DNA from: Lingula anatina
Lineage: Eukaryota > Animalia > Brachiopoda
Direction: 5' to 3'
DNA length: 64,000 bases
Assembly: GCA_051362555.1 (NCBI GenBank)
Contig: CM120642.1
Coordinates: 19,034,001 to 19,098,000 of the forward strand
Positions 22,174-34,500 of the stretch are shown here, in pieces. The translations under genes were made by a program, and so were the position numbers. Under the pieces are notes generated by a model that was not told where the DNA came from, made no database searches, and saw only the letters and a list, made by a program, of their open reading frames with translations. The number at the start of each line of letters is the position of its first letter. Within the stretch, counting starts at the first letter, position 1.

Positions 22174-24003
22174 TTATCTAGAGCCGCCATCATCTTCTGC
22201 GTTTTCATCTTCAAGCAATTTGATCAAATGGTCCTGAAAAACAATAAAGATTTCATATTTATGTTGATATGAATTTTATTGATTTACAGGTATATAATAA
22301 ATAAATAAATGTTGCACGTTAAATGGCAAATACAACCAAAAAAAAAAACAGGGCAGCAAAGCTGCCATATGTACTGACGTAAAGCAGATAATAACGATGA
22401 CAGTGCACAAAATAAGATTTTTTTTGTTTATTTTGATGCAGTGTTGCGTAATGCTTCACAGCATAATCATCACACATATACTGACAGTCAATGAAAACGC
22501 CACAGAAAACTTTCTTGTTTTTTTTTTTACCGAGAATCGATTCCAACCATTTAAACGAGTACAAATGCACTTGTTTGGTCATAAGAGAGTGGACTGACCA
22601 CTAGGATGTTTAAAATTTCCGCTTCAGTGATTTTGTAACCAGCTGTTACAATATCATGTGTTTTTTCTGTCTCGTGATTGGTGTGAATTAATCAGGTTCA
22701 ATATATGGTGATTAATTCAGCCTATTTAAGGTAGTCACCAAATCCAGTGTGACACATGACAAAAAAGTTCCGTGATGCCACGTCAGACACTGAAAGAGTG
22801 ACTGCGGGTCCTGGGGATGCTGGAGGATGGGCGGAACCAAAGAGATTTGATTACGTGACCTTGCATTTTAATGATCATTTCTGACCTTTATTTCACCTTG
22901 TGTAACTGAATAATGGGTCATATTTCACACGTAAACTGTTATTTTCTTAATGTGCCAAAGGAACAAATATATTATTTGATAAATAAATGATGCGTTTTCA
23001 TTGACTGTTAGTATATATACATGTAATAAAGGCAACGCGGACATTAGGAAATATAACTAGCACAGGCCTTCAGGTCCATGCTAATGGGAATTGAAAGTCA
23101 CACTTTGAAAATGCCCATATGTGAGAAAGAAAAATTTCAAAAAAAAAAAAAAGTTTTCGAATTCAAAATGTATTTTGGTCCTACCGATCTTTCCAGTAGG
23201 TTTCAGGATCAAAGTTGTACGGCGACGACGACAGAAGGAATAGAATAGGGGAGACCGGGGCTAGTTGGACCCTGGGGTAAGTTGGACCCCCATCAATTTA
23301 TATGGGGTAAAAGAATTGATCACATCATTTTGTAAAGTGACCGTATCCAATAGTGCTAAGAAAGCGTCGGCAGTGAGTCCAAATGAAATAATTTAGCATC
23401 TTAAAGTAACTTTATTAAAGAGACTTGATGGGGGTCCAGCTTACCCAGGGGTCCAACTAGACCCGGTCTCCCCTAAGAATTCTTTCAGCTAGTGTATGAA
23501 ACAATCATTAATGTCACGAGGTCTTGAAATAAACATGTTATGCAACAGTGTGTTTAAAATATAAGAACAATTAATCACGAACTAAAGTTGAACTTTGATT
23601 TTTTTTATTAAAATTAAAAATAAATTGTGAATTAAAACAACGTACAAGTTTACTGGTATTCTCAAGCGCATCGACTAACTTTTCCATGTAGTTTCCTTCG
23701 TCCTCGAGGTCTGCGCGTGAAATAAAGCGATTGAGATGACGACGTCTCCTGCCTGGAATTATAAAGATGACACATCAAGGCGTTGACCTGTTTTTACCTC
23801 CTTAAGTTAAGTTAGGCCATTACCTCGATCTCCACTCGAGAATTTTTCTAAACCTAGGTAGTGAGGCGAAAGTGTGAAGAATAAATGATTCTGCTTGATA
23901 AAAATATAAGAGAAAGGAAAGATAACATACCTTCAGAATCAGCAAACATCTGCACGACTAACAAAGTCACCAAAAGTAAGGCCAACACTCTGTACTTGTT
24001 CAT
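22174..24003 (-). CDS. Secreted Arg-rich peptide precursor, copy 4 (79 aa; exons 24003-23931, 23752-23646, 22233-22174)
   Basis: MNKYRVLALLLVTLLVVQMFADSEG-RRRRHLNRFISRADLEDEGNYMEKLVDALENTSKL-DHLIKLLEDENAEDDGGSR*. Canonical splice sites. Confidence 0.88.
22481..23011 (+). mobile_element. Internally deleted Tc1-like transposon
   Basis: TIRs CTGACAGTCAATGAAAACGC / GCGTTTTCATTGACTGTTAG flanked by TA. Retains a transposase start at 22775: MPRQTLKE*LRVLGMLEDGRNQRD, resembling Tc1 N-termini. Confidence 0.75.
23248..23473. mobile_element. Tc1/pogo-type MITE with TA TSD
   Basis: ~49-bp TIRs GGGGAGACCGGGGCTAGTTGGACCC...CCATCAA, with TA on both sides. Confidence 0.85.
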
Positions 24004-24980
24004 ATCAATGAAATTTTAATTGCCTTTTTAACCAACAGACGAACACGCGGTCCCGTGGTCTACCTCAGGGTTTTCATCCTTTTTATACCGAATGCTGCGT
24101 GTCAAGTAGTTAGGGACAAGAAACCGGTTTTGGTGCTTTTAAAAGCCCCCTATCCATGACTTAATCGCTTTCACTCAAATAACAGTTAAGAGACCGCCAG
24201 TTACATGTCTCACTGGTCTACTTTCATTGGTCTACCCCTCGATTACAGGATGTCCTTCCTTTTATACTGTGCAGGACATGGATATATTTTCTTTTTGTCG
24301 ATAATTTTAATTTTAAAAAGTTTAAAAAGTGCTGTGAACACAGTTTCATATAAAATTCTGGTTTGGTTGTAGATTCTATTAGAATGGTTTGTAATTTATT
24401 CTTGTTTGGTGGACTATATACCGGTAGTAATTGTTTGTGTTTGACTCGCACTGGCTGTCAAGACAATTTTCTCTCCTTGTTGTTATTTTTATCTTAGAAA
24501 AAATGGTGGTTTTAAAAACAGTTTTATGATCTGACGTTGTTTACCAGGCAGTCACTGATGTAACCTACCTAGACATAAAGCACTAATGCACTGAATTAAT
24601 CTGATAAACTGCCCCTTTAAACATGTATTTCTTCTCACCTTTTTTCTTTCATTATAAGTTGTGGTTCATGTCATTCAATTATGAGAAGGAGCACCAGACC
24701 ATGACGAGAAAAACAAGTTATTTTTGTGGCATTTGTAAACTCCTATAGAGGTGTACGTGTATTACCAAAAACTTACTTTACCGCAGTCGAATACAACTAC
24801 GCTGGTGCTTTAAGAATAAATGGACTTGCGGACTATGAGAAAAAAATCGAAGCTTGTGGCGGGACATTAAAAATGTCAAGACTACGCATTAATTACAACT
24901 TTGTGGTAAATAGAGCAACAACAGATTTGCATACATGTACGTAGAGAATGTATCATACACCATGTACCAGTAGACGATAA

Positions 24981-26323
24981 TCACCTAAGAGTGATGGAAT
25001 ATGTGATATAATACGATCTTGGTTCACTTTGTTTACACTGATCCATATCGTTTAATGTTTATTCGTTGCCTTTTTGACACTTTCGTGATTTTTTGGGGAT
25101 TAAATCAATTGACTATTTAACTTTCACGTGTCATTGTTCATGATTACTAACAAGGCGTGATATTATGATGGTAATGTACATGCACTACTAGGTAAGCTCA
25201 CTGAAGAGTGAATGGTTTAAAGGATAACAACTATTTATTTTGGCCAAAAAATGAATTTTCCTGGGGTAAACGACAAATTTCCATACTTACCAACAGTTAA
25301 TGAATCCATTTCTTCACTTGAAATTAGTCCCTAGTTTTTCTAAAAAAATTCTAAAAAAAATAGTATAACCATCTATGGAGGTCTCGTGACGTGATGACAA
25401 GCACAGAATAATTACGTTAACCGCCGATTTGGGGGTGAAATAGAATATATTTTATTTTTATGAGTTGTTTACAATGTATTTATTGTGAAATATAAATCTC
25501 ATACAATTAATTGTTATCCCTTTAAGCTAAACCTGCTTGTCTACGGATTTACAGTCGCCAGAGGACCGAAAGGCACTCGTCCATTCCGTTAAGATGACAC
25601 TTATACCAACTGAGTGAGCTGAGGACCCTGCATGGTCTCCCAACCCTGCCCTGATAATTACAGGGTAGGGGAATCGGCAAGTAATCCTTATCTGACACCC
25701 AAATAACGTGAATGTATTGTTTTCTGATTTCATTGTTTTTTCTCTGTTGTCGTGACTCTGTGGTTGCGTGCGACGTTGTATATTGCGGACGTTTGTTTTA
25801 CGTCGCTTATTCTTCTTTGTTACGCTAAAATGATACATACGTTACCGATACATACGTTACCTTGAAGCGTGTAAATATTTATTCTATTTTCATTGGTTTT
25901 CTTTCGCTTTGTGGGCCAACCCTTATGTGTTTTATTTGTGTTTCATTAAAATAGTGTTGGCGCACAAAAGGAGAGACAACCAATGAAAATAGAATAAAAA
26001 ATATTTACACCCTTCATGGTAACGTATGTATCATTTTAACGTAACAAAGAAGAATGAGCGACGTAATAACATGCGTGCGCACATACACAACATCGCACGC
26101 AACAACATAGTGGCGACAACATAGAACAAACAATGAAATCAGAAGACAGTGCCTTCACATTATTAGGTAACGTATGTATCGGTGACATATGTATCATATA
26201 AAAAATTTCAAGAAACGGTTTCAAGACAAGTAATATTTACTTGCCCTGCATTTCCTTCTTATTGATATATAGTATACCGTAAGAATTAGGCGTTTGCTCA
26301 CAAAACGGACAACAAACAATAAA
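24981..26323. repeat. Segmental duplicate of ~31290-32712
   Basis: Near-identical from tcacctaagagtgatggaat onward, including twin spurious ORFs 25527-25838 and 31912-32229. Confidence 0.85.
25221..25521. mobile_element. TTAA-flanked MITE (Kolobok-like); other copies at 31580-31906 and, inverted, 58431-58753
   Basis: TTAA|AG(G)GATAAC...GTTATCCCT|TTAA ends. The internal sequence (ttggccaaaaaatgaattt.cctgg.gtaaac; atgaatccattt) is shared by the three copies. Confidence 0.8.
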
Positions 26324-29300
26324 CAAGGCAGCAAAGCTGTCAAATGTACAGACAAAAAACAGAAAATAAAGATGCAAAATAGGTCATTTTGTCAATTTTG
26401 ATGCAAAAATAAATAATGCTTATAATAACACAGTCAGTTAACACTGATTTTTAATCATGCACAACAGGTAACATGCTCAATAACAGGAGCAGATCCAGAG
26501 GTATTTTCTGACAGTATTCCAAATTATATTTGTTGATCCATCCTACACTTTTGATGGTCTTCCAACAGAAAAAAAATTGATACCAGTCAATGTAAACTTT
26601 AAAATCTGACCGTCATCTGAAAGACCCAGAAGACGGCCTCAATCCACCCCTGCAATAAGATTATAGTTTCTAGCCATGAGAGTTCAAATTCACATAATGA
26701 AAATCCCAATATTTGAAAAATGTTGACAGTTCATAAAATAATATTACATATTGTTTAAAGACATAAAAACCTATGCAACTGCTTATGTGGAAATACAGAA
26801 AATCTGAAGAGCTTCAGGTGGATGGGAGTTGAAAATGCCAGTGTTTAGAAAAAAATTAAAAAGAAAACACAAAAAAAAAAAAAAAAATCCAATAAAGCTG
26901 CTATTCAAACTTTTAATCTTGCTGTATTAACATGATATGAATAATCCCAATGTGTTTGAGGATAATAAGGCACTGTTATTCATCTATAGCATTAATGTTG
27001 GCATTACACAAATTTTTTTTCTTTTGTAAACTTATTTGCAATATTAAACAACATTTACCTGCATAATTATCACCAATTCCTAATTATGTGACACAGTTAA
27101 GAGAGCTTAACCTATAGGACTTGAATGGGAAATCTCAACGTGTGTTTTATGTAATCTTATTTAATGGGCACTTGAAAATCAATTAGGCAAGTAATTTTAT
27201 AGCTCTGAATTTAGCTAGTGATTATCCCAAGGGACAATTACCACCATCCATAAACAGTAGCCCCATATAGCACTCCATAGAGCTGCATTGCTTCCAAAAC
27301 AGACAACAATCACACTGATTTCCAACACAAGCTACACTTCAGTCCTATGAAACTTTTCAGTAAGTTAGAATATCATAAGTAAAATGGTTTTTCCTTAATG
27401 GTCATCACAGCAGCGATGTCCAAAAAAGTTTTTTTTTTCATCTTTTATGCAATTTAACATAATGCTTAACAGCACAATGGCCATCAATTTTTAAAAATAA
27501 AGTAAGTGTATCATAGCTATTCAAAAGATGTGACTAGCAATGGTATTCAAGCCAATGGAAGTTCAAAGACTAAGTCACACCTTGAAAATGTCCATATGTG
27601 AAAATTTTAATTGTAACAAAAATCTATATAATTTCCAAGAAAGTTAACCGATATAACAGGTTTTCCAACTGAAGCTATAATTTAGTGCTATGCTACATTT
27701 CTGTAAGTTTGAGAAGAGTAAGTGACTTGGTTTTCCTTTAATGGTCACGATGGAGGCATTGTCTAAAATGGGGTTGTCTTCAATTTTGATGCAATATTAC
27801 ATAATGCTTAACAGCATAATGACCATCAATTTTTAATAATAAAATAGAAGTATCATGGATATTCAGAAAATTTGATATGGAAAGGTCTTCAGGGCCATGG
27901 AAGTTCAGAGTCACAACTTCAAAATGCCAAAATGTACACAAGAGATAACTGTACTGAAATGAATTTCTTTCCACTTTCAACACTTTTTTACATATATCAA
28001 AATAATCAATTTACTGTCGTTTTTAAATGATCAACTAAGAAAGTTGTTGACATAGGAAAAATATCAATAGAACAATTTTAAATGTCCAATTTGTTCCATT
28101 CTGAGATTCTGAACATGGTGAATGATTGAATCTGACAAACTGTAAAGATATGAGTTTATTTCCATTTTTGACACTTTATTACACAATGCACAATAACAGG
28201 TTGACCATCATTTTTATATAATCAACTAACAATATTGTTAAGATGCAGAAAATGTCAAAAGAACACCTTTACATTGCTAATTAGTTCACAAATGAGATTG
28301 TTAACATGCCTAAGAATTAAATCCGAGGAAAAAAGACATATATACAAAAAAAGGCACAATTTCACCAAAACTGAACCGATCAAGCTTATTTTCGAACCTC
28401 GTCTGTATTTTAGTAAATCTGATCACCCCTGTGAATTTCAAGACGATTGGCCAAATGATTTTCCTTGAAATGTGTTATCGGTGTTGCACATATGCTGAAA
28501 TAGTGAAAAAACAGCATAACTTCCATAAAAATGGCCCGATCAGGCTGATTTTCGAACTCGACCTGCGTATTATGAATATTCATCATTTCAGTAACTTATA
28601 AGCCAAAAAGTAAAACGATTTTTCGCTTATCGTGTTATCGGTGTTGCATTTATGCTGAAAAAATGAAAAAATAGCATTACTTCCACAAATATGGCTCGAT
28701 CATGCTGATTTTCGAACTTGACCTGCGTATTAAGAATATTCATTAGTTCTGTAAGTTTCAAGCCAAAAGGTAAAATGGTTTTTCACTTATCGTGTTATCG
28801 GTGTTGCATTTATGCTGAAAAAAATGAAAAAATAGCATAACTTCCACAAATATGGCCCGATCATGCTGATTTTCGAACTTGACCTGCGTATTATGAATAT
28901 TCATCAGTTCTGTAAGTTTCAAGCCAAAAGGTAAAATGGTTTTCCATTTATGGTGTTATCGGTGCTGCATATATGCTGAAAAAAGAGAAAAAACAGCATA
29001 AATTCCCTAAAAATGACCCAATCACGCTGATTTTCGAACTCGACCTGCGTATTATGAATATTCATCAGTACTGTAAGTTTCAAGCCAAAAGGTACAATGG
29101 TTTTCCACTTATCGTGTTATCGGTGCTGCATATATGTTGAAAAAAGTGAAAAAACAGCATAAATTCCCTAAGAGTGACCCGATCATGCTGATTTTCGAAC
29201 TTGTCCTGCGTATTATGAATATTCATCAGTTCTGCTAGTTTCAAATCAAAAGGCAAAATGGTTTTCCACTTATCGTGTTATCGGTAAAAGTGCACGCGAC

Positions 29301-30153
29301 GGCGACGGCGACGACAGACACAGGTGATGGCTATATGTACAGACACATCTGTGTCTGTACATAAAAAAACAGCATAAATTCCCTATAAGTGACCCGATCG
29401 TGCTGATTTTCGAACTTGACCTGCGTATTATGAATATTTATCAGTTCTGTAAGCTTCAAGCCAAAGGGTAAAACAGCTCTTCATTTATTGTGTTATCAGT
29501 GTTGCAAAAATGCTGAAAAAAAGTGAAAAAATAGCCTAAATTCACTAAAAATGACCCAATCATGCTGATTTTCGAACTTGACCTGCGTATTATGAATATT
29601 CATCAGTTCTGTAGGTTTCAAGCCAAAAGGTAAAATGGTTTTCCATTTATGGTGTTATCGGTGCTGCATATATGCTGAAAAAAGAGAAAAAATAGCCTAA
29701 ATTCACTAAAAATGACCCAATCACGCTGATTTTCGAACTTGACCTGCGTATTATGTATATTCATCAGTTCTGTAAGTTTCAAGCCAAAAGGTAAAATGGT
29801 TTTCCACTTATCGTGTTATCGGTGCTGCATATATGCTGAAAAAAGTGAAAAAACAGCATAAATTCCCTATAAGTGACCCAATCATGCTGATTTTCGAACT
29901 CGACCTGCGTATTATGAATATTCATCAGTACTGTAAGTTTCAAGCCAAAAAGTACAATGGTTTTCCACTTATCGTGTTATCGGTGCTGCATATATGTTGA
30001 AAAAAGTGAAAAAACAGCATAAATTCCCTAAGAGTGACCCAATCATGCTGATTTTCGAACTTGACCTGCGTATTATGAATATTCATCAGTTCTGCTAGTT
30101 TCAAATCAAAAGGCAAAATGGTTTTCCACTTATCGTGTTATCGGTAAAAGTGC

Positions 30154-30194
<41 letters not shown>

Positions 30195-30243
30195 AGACGC
30201 AGATGATGGCAATATGTACAGACACATCTGTGTCTGTACATAA
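26322..30243 (+). mobile_element. Helentron-associated (HINE-like) non-autonomous element, ~3.9 kb, nested in the satellite
   Basis: Splits the satellite sequence acaaacaataaa^aaataaaagtatttacacgcc within an A-run, with no TSD. The 5' end AACAAGGCAGC..ATGTACAGACA matches the 3' terminal hairpin TATGTACAGACACA-TC-TGTGTCTGTACATA (30213-30242), which is preceded by a (GACGGC)n microsatellite and a tandem array. Confidence 0.78.
28340..30150. repeat. ~161-bp tandem repeat array (about 11 units) inside the HINE-like element
   Basis: gctgattttcgaact(t/c)gacctgcgtattatgaatattcatcag recurs every ~160-161 bp. Confidence 0.95.
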
Positions 30244-31533
30244 AAATAAAAGTATTTACACGCCACATGGTAACTATTTTCATTGGTTGTCTTTTGTTTT
30301 GTGTGCCAACACTTATGTCTTAATGTTACATTAAAATAAATGAAAACGAGACAAATAAGATTTCAACTATCTGTGAAAATTGTTCATATGATACATGCGT
30401 TACCGATATACACATGGGTAAATAATATGAAGGTGTTGTTTTTAAATTCCTTTGATTGTTTTCTGTTGTCACGACTCTGTTAGTGCGTGCGACTTTGTAT
30501 ATGTGCCCACGTTTGTACGTCGTTCATTCTGTTTGTTACGTCAATATGATATATACGTTACCGATACATACGTTACCATGAAGCGTGTAAATATTTATTT
30601 ATTTATTCTATTTTCATTGGTTGTCTTCCGTTTTGTGGGCCAGCACTTTTGTCTTAATGCTACATTAAAATAAAAAAAAAACGAGACAAATAAGATTTGT
30701 TGCCTTCAACTATCTGTGAAAATTGTCCATTTGATTCATACGTTACCGATATGTACGTGACCAAATAATATGAAGGTGTTGTTTTCTGATTCCATTGACT
30801 GTTTTCTGTTGTCACGACTTTGTGAGTGTGCCTGAGTTTATATATGTGCGCACAACGTTTTACGGCCCTCATTCTTATTTGTTATGTAAACCACAGAGTC
30901 ACGACAACAGAGAACAAACAATAAAATCAGAAAACAATACCTTCACATTATTTGGTTACGTGTGTATCTGTGACGTATGTATCATATATACAATTTCAAC
31001 AAACGGTTTCAAGTTACCTTTGCTTGCCATGCTTTTCCTTCTTATTGTAATGTTGTATACCGTAGGAATGAGGCGTTTGCTCACAAAACGGACAACAAAC
31101 AATAAAAAATAAAAGTATTTACACGCCACATGGTAACTATTTTCATTGGTTGTCTTTCGTTTTGTGTGCCAACACTTATGTCTTAATGTTACATTAAAAT
31201 GAATGAAAACGAGACAAATAAGATTTCAACTATCTGTGAAAATTGTTCATATGATACATGCGTTACCGATATACACATGGGTCAATAATATCACCTAAGA
31301 GTGATGGAATATATGATATAATACGATCTTGATTCACTTTGTTGACACTGATCCATATCGTTTAATGTTTATTTGTTGCCTTTTTTGACACTTTCGAGAT
31401 TTTCTTGCCGATTAATTCCATTGACTATTTAAGTTTCACGCGTCATTGTTCATGATTGCTAACAAGGCATGATATTATGATGTTAATGTACATGCACTAC
31501 TAGGTAAGCTCACTGAAGAGTGAATGGTTTAAA

Positions 31534-31573
31534 CTTGGACATAAAAAGGAAAGGGTCTCTTATTATGTCCAAG
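31534..31573. mobile_element. 40-bp mini-MITE with 7-bp TSD
   Basis: CTTGGACATAA...TTATGTCCAAG flanked by GTTTAAA on both sides. The empty site is present in the duplicate at ~25215-25221. Confidence 0.85.
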
Positions 31574-34500
31574 GTTTAAAGGATAACAGCTATTCATTTT
31601 GGCCAAAAAATGAATTTCCCTGGGGTAAACGACAAATTTCCATATATACCAACAGTTAATGAATCCATTTCTACACTTGAAGTTAGTCCCTAGTTTTTTC
31701 TAAAAAGTTTTTTAATAATCTTTTAAGAGATTATTACAGAGTATAACCAGCTATGGAGGTCACGTGACGTGATGGCAAGCACAAATTCCAGAATTATTAC
31801 GTTAACCGCCGATTTGGGGGTGAAATAGAATATATTTTATTTTTATGAGTTGTTTACAATGTATTTATTGTGAAATATAAATCTCATACAATGAATTGTT
31901 ATCCCTTTAAGCTAAACCTGCTTGTCTACGGATTTACAGTCGCCAGAGGACCGAAAGGCACTCGTCCATTCCGTTAAGATGACACTTATACCAACTGAGT
32001 GAGCTGAGGACCCTGCATGGTCTCCCAACCCTGCCCCGTATGGTCGAACAATAGGGTAGGGGAATCGGCAAGTAATCCTTATCTGACACCCAAATAACGT
32101 GAATGTATTGTTTTCTGATTTCATTGTTTTTTCTCTGTTGTCGTGACTCTGTGGTTGCGTGCGACGTTGTATATTGCGGACGTTTGTTTTACGTCGCTTA
32201 TTCTTCTTTGTTACGCTAAAATGATACATACGTTACCGATACATACGTTACCATGAAGCGTGTAAATATTTATTCTATTTTCATTGGTTTTCTTTCGATT
32301 TGTGGGCCAACACTTATGTCCTTTATTTGTGTTTTATTAAAATAGTGTTGGCGCACAAAAGGAAAGACAACCAATGAAAATAAAATAGAAAATATTCACA
32401 GGCTTTATGGTAACGTATGTATCATTTTCACGTAACAAAGAAGAATGAGCGACGTAATGACATGCGTGCGCACATTTACAACGTCGCACGCAACAACATA
32501 GTGGCGACAACATAGAACAAACAATGAAATCAGAAGACAGTGCCTTCACATTATTTGGTAACGTATGTATCGGTGACATATGTATCATATAAAAAATTTC
32601 AACAAACGGTTTCAAGACAAGTAATCTTTACTTGCCCTGCATGTCCTTCTTATTGATATGTAGTATACCGTAAGAATGAGGCGTTTGCTCACAAAACGGA
32701 CGACAAACAATAAAAAATAAAAGTATTTACACGCCACATGGTAACTATTTTCATTGGTTTTCTTTCGATTTGTGGGCCAACACTTATGTCTTAATGTTAC
32801 ATTAAAATGAATGAAAACGAGAAAAATAAGATTTTTTGCCTTCAGATATTTGTGAAAATTGTTCATATGATACATGCGTTACCGATATACAAATGGCTGA
32901 ATAATATGAAGGTGTTGTTTTCTGATTCCATTGATTGTTTTCTGTTGTCACAGCTTTGTTAGTGCGTGCGACTTTGTATATGTGCCGAATATGATATACA
33001 CGTTACCGATGACTGCGTTACCATGAAGCGTGTAAATATTTATTTATTCTATTTTTATTGGATGTCTTTCGTTTTGGGGGCCAGCACTTAAGTTTTAATG
33101 CAACATTAAAATGAAAGAAAACGAGAAAAATAAGATTTCTTGCCTTCAACTATCTGAGAAAATTGTCCATTTGATTCATACGTTACCGATATGTACGTGA
33201 CCAATTAATATGAAGGTGTTGTTTTCTGATTCCATTGACTGTTTTCTGTTGTCACGACTTTGTGAGTGGGTGTGAGTTTGTATATGTGCGCACAACGTTT
33301 TACGGCCCTCATTCTTATTTGTTATGTAAATATGATACATAGACGTATTTTTTTCTGATTTCATTGTTTTTTCTCTGTTGTCGTGACTCTGTGGTTGCGT
33401 GCGACGTTGTATATTGCGGACGTTTGTTTTACGTCGCTTATTCTTCTTTGTTACGCTAAAATGATACAAACGTTACCGATACATACGTTACCATGAAGCG
33501 TGTAAATATTTATTCTATTTTCATTGGTTTTCTTTCGATTTGTGGGCCAACACTTATGTCCTTTATTTGTGTTTTATTAAAATAGTGTTGGCGCACAAAA
33601 GGAAAGACAACCAATGAAAATAAAATAGAAAATATTCACAGGCTTTATGGTAACGTATGTATCATTTTCACGTAACAAAGAAGAATGAGCGACGTAATGA
33701 CATGCGTGCGCACATTTACAACGTCGCACGCAACCACAGAGTCGCGACAACAGAGAACAAACAATCAAATCAAAAAACAATACCTTCACATTATTTGGTA
33801 ACGTGTGTATCGGTGACGCATGTACCATATATACAATTTCAACAAACGGTTTCAAGTCAAGTTACCTTTACTTGCCATGCTTTTCCTTCTTATTGTAATG
33901 TAGTATACCGTAGGAATGAGGCGTTTGCTCACAAAACGGACAACAAACAATAAAAAATAAAAGTATTTACACGTCACATGGTAACTATTTTCATTGGTTG
34001 TCTTTTGTTTTGTACGCCAACACTTATGTCTTAATGATACATTAAAATGAATGAAAACGAGACAAATAAGTTTTTTTGCCTTCAAATATTTGTGAAAATT
34101 GTTCATACATGTATGATACATGCGTTACCGATATACAAATGGCTGAATAATATGAAGGTGTTGTTTTCTGATTCCATTGATTGTTTTCTGTTGTCACAGC
34201 TTTGTTAGTGCGTGCGACTTTGTATAATTGCGCACGTTTGTACGTCGTTCATTCTATTTGTTACGTCAATGTGATATATACGTTACCGATACATACGTTA
34301 CTTGAAGCGTGTTAATATTTATTTATTCTATTTTCATTGGATGTCTTTCGTTTTGTGGGCCAGCACTTATGTCTTAATGCTACCTTGAAATGAATGGAAA
34401 CGAGAAAAATAAGATTTCTTGCCTTCAACTATCTGTGAAAATTGTCCATTTGATTCGTACGTTACCGATATGTACGTGACCAAATAATATGAAGGTGTTG

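Noticed and set aside
28340-30150. Regularly spaced repeats resembling a CRISPR array
   Set aside because: The whole 161-bp unit repeats with no unique spacers, there are no cas genes, and the context is eukaryotic.
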